Assembly: GCA_964016885.1 (NCBI GenBank)
Contig: OZ024758.1
Location: 36,146,001-36,210,000, forward strand
DNA: 64,000 nucleotides
Source of the DNA: Eledone cirrhosa
Lineage: Eukaryota
Direction of reading: 5' to 3'
The position numbers and the translations under genes are program-made. Positions 61,801 to 64,000 of this stretch are shown here, one piece after another; position 1 is the first letter of the stretch; every line of letters begins with the position of its first letter. The notes beneath the pieces were generated by a model. The model had not been told where the DNA came from and did no database searches. It saw nothing but the letters and a program-made list of their open reading frames with translations.

Positions 61801-64000
61801 GTCAGAATTCATTTAAGTTCATGGTATTAGCTGTCAGAAGGAACTCCACTGTTGCTGAGAATTAATTTAAGTTCATGGTATTAGCTGTCAGAAGTAACTC
61901 CACTGTTGGTGAGAATTCATTTAAGTTCATGGTACTAGCTGTCAGAAGTAACTCCACTGTTGGTGAGAATTCATTTAAGTTCATGGTATTAGCTGTCAGA
62001 AGTCACTCCAACGTTGGTGAGAATTCATTTAAGTTCATGGTATTAGCTGTCAGAAGTCACTCCACTGTTGGTGAGAATTCATTTAAGTTCATGGTACTAG
62101 CTGTCGGAAGTAACCCCAATGTTGGTGAGAAATCATTTAATTTCATGGTATTAGCTGTCAGAAGTCACTCCAATGTTGGTGAGAATTCATTTAAGTTCAT
62201 GGTATTAGCTGTCAGAAGTAACTCCACTGTTGGTGAGAATTCATTTAAGTTCATGGTATTAGCTGTCAGAAGGAACTCCAATGTTGGTGAGAATTCATTT
62301 AAGTCATGGTACTAGCTGTCAGAAGTAACTCCACTGTTGGTGAGAATTCATTTAAGTTCATGGTATTAGCTGTCAGAAGGAACGCCACTGTTGGTGAGAA
62401 TTCATTTAAGTTCATGGTATTAGCTGTCAGAAGTAACTCCACTGTTGGTGAGAATTCATTTAAGTTCATGTTATTAGCTGTCAGAAGGAACTCCACTGTT
62501 GGTGAGAATTCATTTAAGTTCATGGTATTAGCTGTCAGAAGTAACTCCACTGTTGGTGAGAATTCATTTAAGTTCATGGTATTAGCTGTCAGAAGTAACT
62601 CCACCGTTGGTGAGAATTCATTTAAGTTCATGGTACTAGCTGTCAGAAGTAACTCCAATGTTGGTGAGAATTCATTTAAGTTCATGGTATTAGCTGTCAG
62701 AAGTAACTCCACTGTTGGTGAGAATTCATTTAAGTCATGGTATTAGCTGTCAGAAGTCACTCCAATGTTGGTGAGAATTCATTTAAGTTCATGGTATTAG
62801 CAGTCAGAAGTCAGTCCACTGTTGGTGAGAATTCATTTAAGTTCATGGTACTAGCTGTCAGAAGTAACCCCAATGTTGGTGAGAATTCATTTAAGTTCAT
62901 GGTATTAGCTGTCAGAAGTCACTCCAATGTTGGTGAGAATTCATTTAAGTTCATGGTATTAGCTGTCAGAAGTAACTCCACTGTTGGTGAGAATTCATTT
63001 AAGTTCATGGTATTAGTTTGTCAGAAGTAACTCCACTGTTGGTGAGAATTCATTTAAGTCATGGTATTAGTTGTCAGAAGTAACTCCAATGTTGGTGAGA
63101 ATTCATTTAAGTTCATGGTATTAGCTGTCAGAAGGAACTCCACTGTTGGTGAGAATTCATTTAAGTTCATGGTATTAGCTGTCAGAAGGAACTCCAATGT
63201 TGGTGAGAATTCATTTAAGTCATGGTACTAGCTGTCAGAAGTAACTCCACTGTTGGTGAGAATTCATTTAAGTTCATGGTATTAGCTGTCAGAAGGAACG
63301 CCACTGTTGGTGAGAATTCATTTAAGTTCATGGTATTAGCTGTCAGAAGTAACTCCACTGTTGGTGAGAATTCATTTAAGTTCATGGTACTAGCTGTCAG
63401 AAGTAACTCCAATGTTGGTGAGAATTCATTTAAGTTCATGGTATTAGCTGTCAGAAGGAACTCCACTGTTGGTGAGAATTCATTTAAGTTCATGGTATTA
63501 GCTGTCAGAGGTAACTCCACTGTTGGTGAGAATTCATTTAAGTCATGGTATTAGCTGTCAGAAGTAACTCCATTGTTGGTGAGAATTCATTTAAGTCATG
63601 GTACTAGCTGTCAGAAGTAACTCCAATGTTGGTGAGAATTCATTTAAGTCATGGTACTAGCTGTCAGAAGTAACTCCAATGTTGGTGAGAATTCATTTAA
63701 GTTCATGTTATTAGCTGTCAGAAGGAACTCCACTGTTGGTGAGAATTCATTTAAGTTCATGGTATTAGCTGTCAGAAGTAACTCCACTGTTGGTGAGAAT
63801 TCATTTAAGTTCATGGTATTAGCTGTCAGAAGTAACTCCACCGTTGGTGAGAATTCATTTAAGTTCATGGTACTAGCTGTCAGAAGTAACTCCAATGTTG
63901 GTGAGAATTCATTTAAGTTCATGGTATTAGCTGTCAGAAGTAACTCCACTGTTGGTGAGAATTCATTTAAGTCATGGTATTAGCTGTCAGAAGTAACTCC
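49900..64000 (+). repeat. Right-hand higher-order repeat domain: ~3983-bp unit (74 monomers; 2746 + 1237 bp sub-blocks) with derived offsets of 2258, 5863 and 9846 bp
   Basis: Junction pairs 50415/54398, 51382/55365 and 57784/61767 (3983); 53161/54398 and 59024/60261 (1237); 53590/55848 to 55365/57623 (2258); 51921/57784 to 55365/61228 (5863); 50415/60261 to 52460/62306 (9846). Confidence 0.88.

Larger units (their letters stand above)
1..64000 (+). repeat. 54-bp monomer satellite DNA array (~1,185-1,190 head-to-tail copies), extending beyond both window edges
   Basis: Consensus atggtattagctgtcagaagtaactccactgttggtgagaattcatttaagttc recurs throughout, typically with 0-3 differences per copy. 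Common variants by monomer position: 7 T/C, 21 T/G, 22 A/C, 25 T/C/G, 29 C/A, and a 1-bp deletion aagttc>aagtc giving 53-bp units. 20/54 GC. Confidence 0.99.

Noticed and set aside
14-63983. The ORFs in the supplied track as protein-coding genes (e.g. a giant repetitive surface protein)
   Set aside because: No unique N- or C-terminal domain, more than 100 frameshifting 1-bp deletions, mostly nonsynonymous common variants, and ORFs on both strands that merely reflect the 54-bp (18-codon) period.
1-64000. CRISPR array (conserved part as repeat, variable patch as spacer)
   Set aside because: The variable patch differs by only 1-3 substitutions among a few recurring alleles. There are no unique spacers, leader or cas genes.
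1-64000. Diversity-generating retroelement, antigenic-variation cassettes or recombinase-site (integron/shufflon) array
   Set aside because: No reverse transcriptase, recombinase, cassette cargo or inversions. Variation is inherited in duplicated blocks and is not adenine-specific.
1-64000. Synthetic concatemer or sequencing/rolling-circle artefact (EcoRI site in every unit)
   Set aside because: Nested, ordered shared variants at multi-kb offsets and units with mutated EcoRI sites (gaatac, gaaatc) indicate natural evolution. Individual duplications could still be misassembled.
1-64000. Telomeric repeat, tRNA/5S/snRNA tandem array, or CENP-B box
   Set aside because: No TTAGGG-like G-rich unit, no cloverleaf or recognisable Pol III A/B boxes in a 54-bp unit, and the consensus has no CpG whereas the CENP-B box requires two.

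Overview
The whole 64 kb window is one uninterrupted head-to-tail tandem array of a 54-bp, ~37% GC monomer (consensus atggtattagctgtcagaagtaactccactgttggtgagaattcatttaagttc, one EcoRI GAATTC per unit), about 1,185-1,190 copies, all in one orientation. I saw no unique sequence, genes, RNA genes, transposon insertions or inversions. This is satellite DNA, most plausibly eukaryotic heterochromatin (centromeric, pericentromeric or subtelomeric); I do not recognise the family or the organism. The many ORFs are by-products of a stop-free 18-codon monomer and are broken repeatedly by a recurrent 1-bp deletion. The information is in the ordering of monomer variants. It shows nested higher-order repeats (162, 324, 431, 1237, 2210, 2258, 3452, 3983, 5227/5497 and 5863 bp), a left and a right domain with different marker variants, a mutation-rich relic zone between them (~24-28.4 kb), and stepwise mutation accumulation suggesting rightward expansion. 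I found no support for a novel protein-based system. Counts and block edges were obtained by eye and are approximate.
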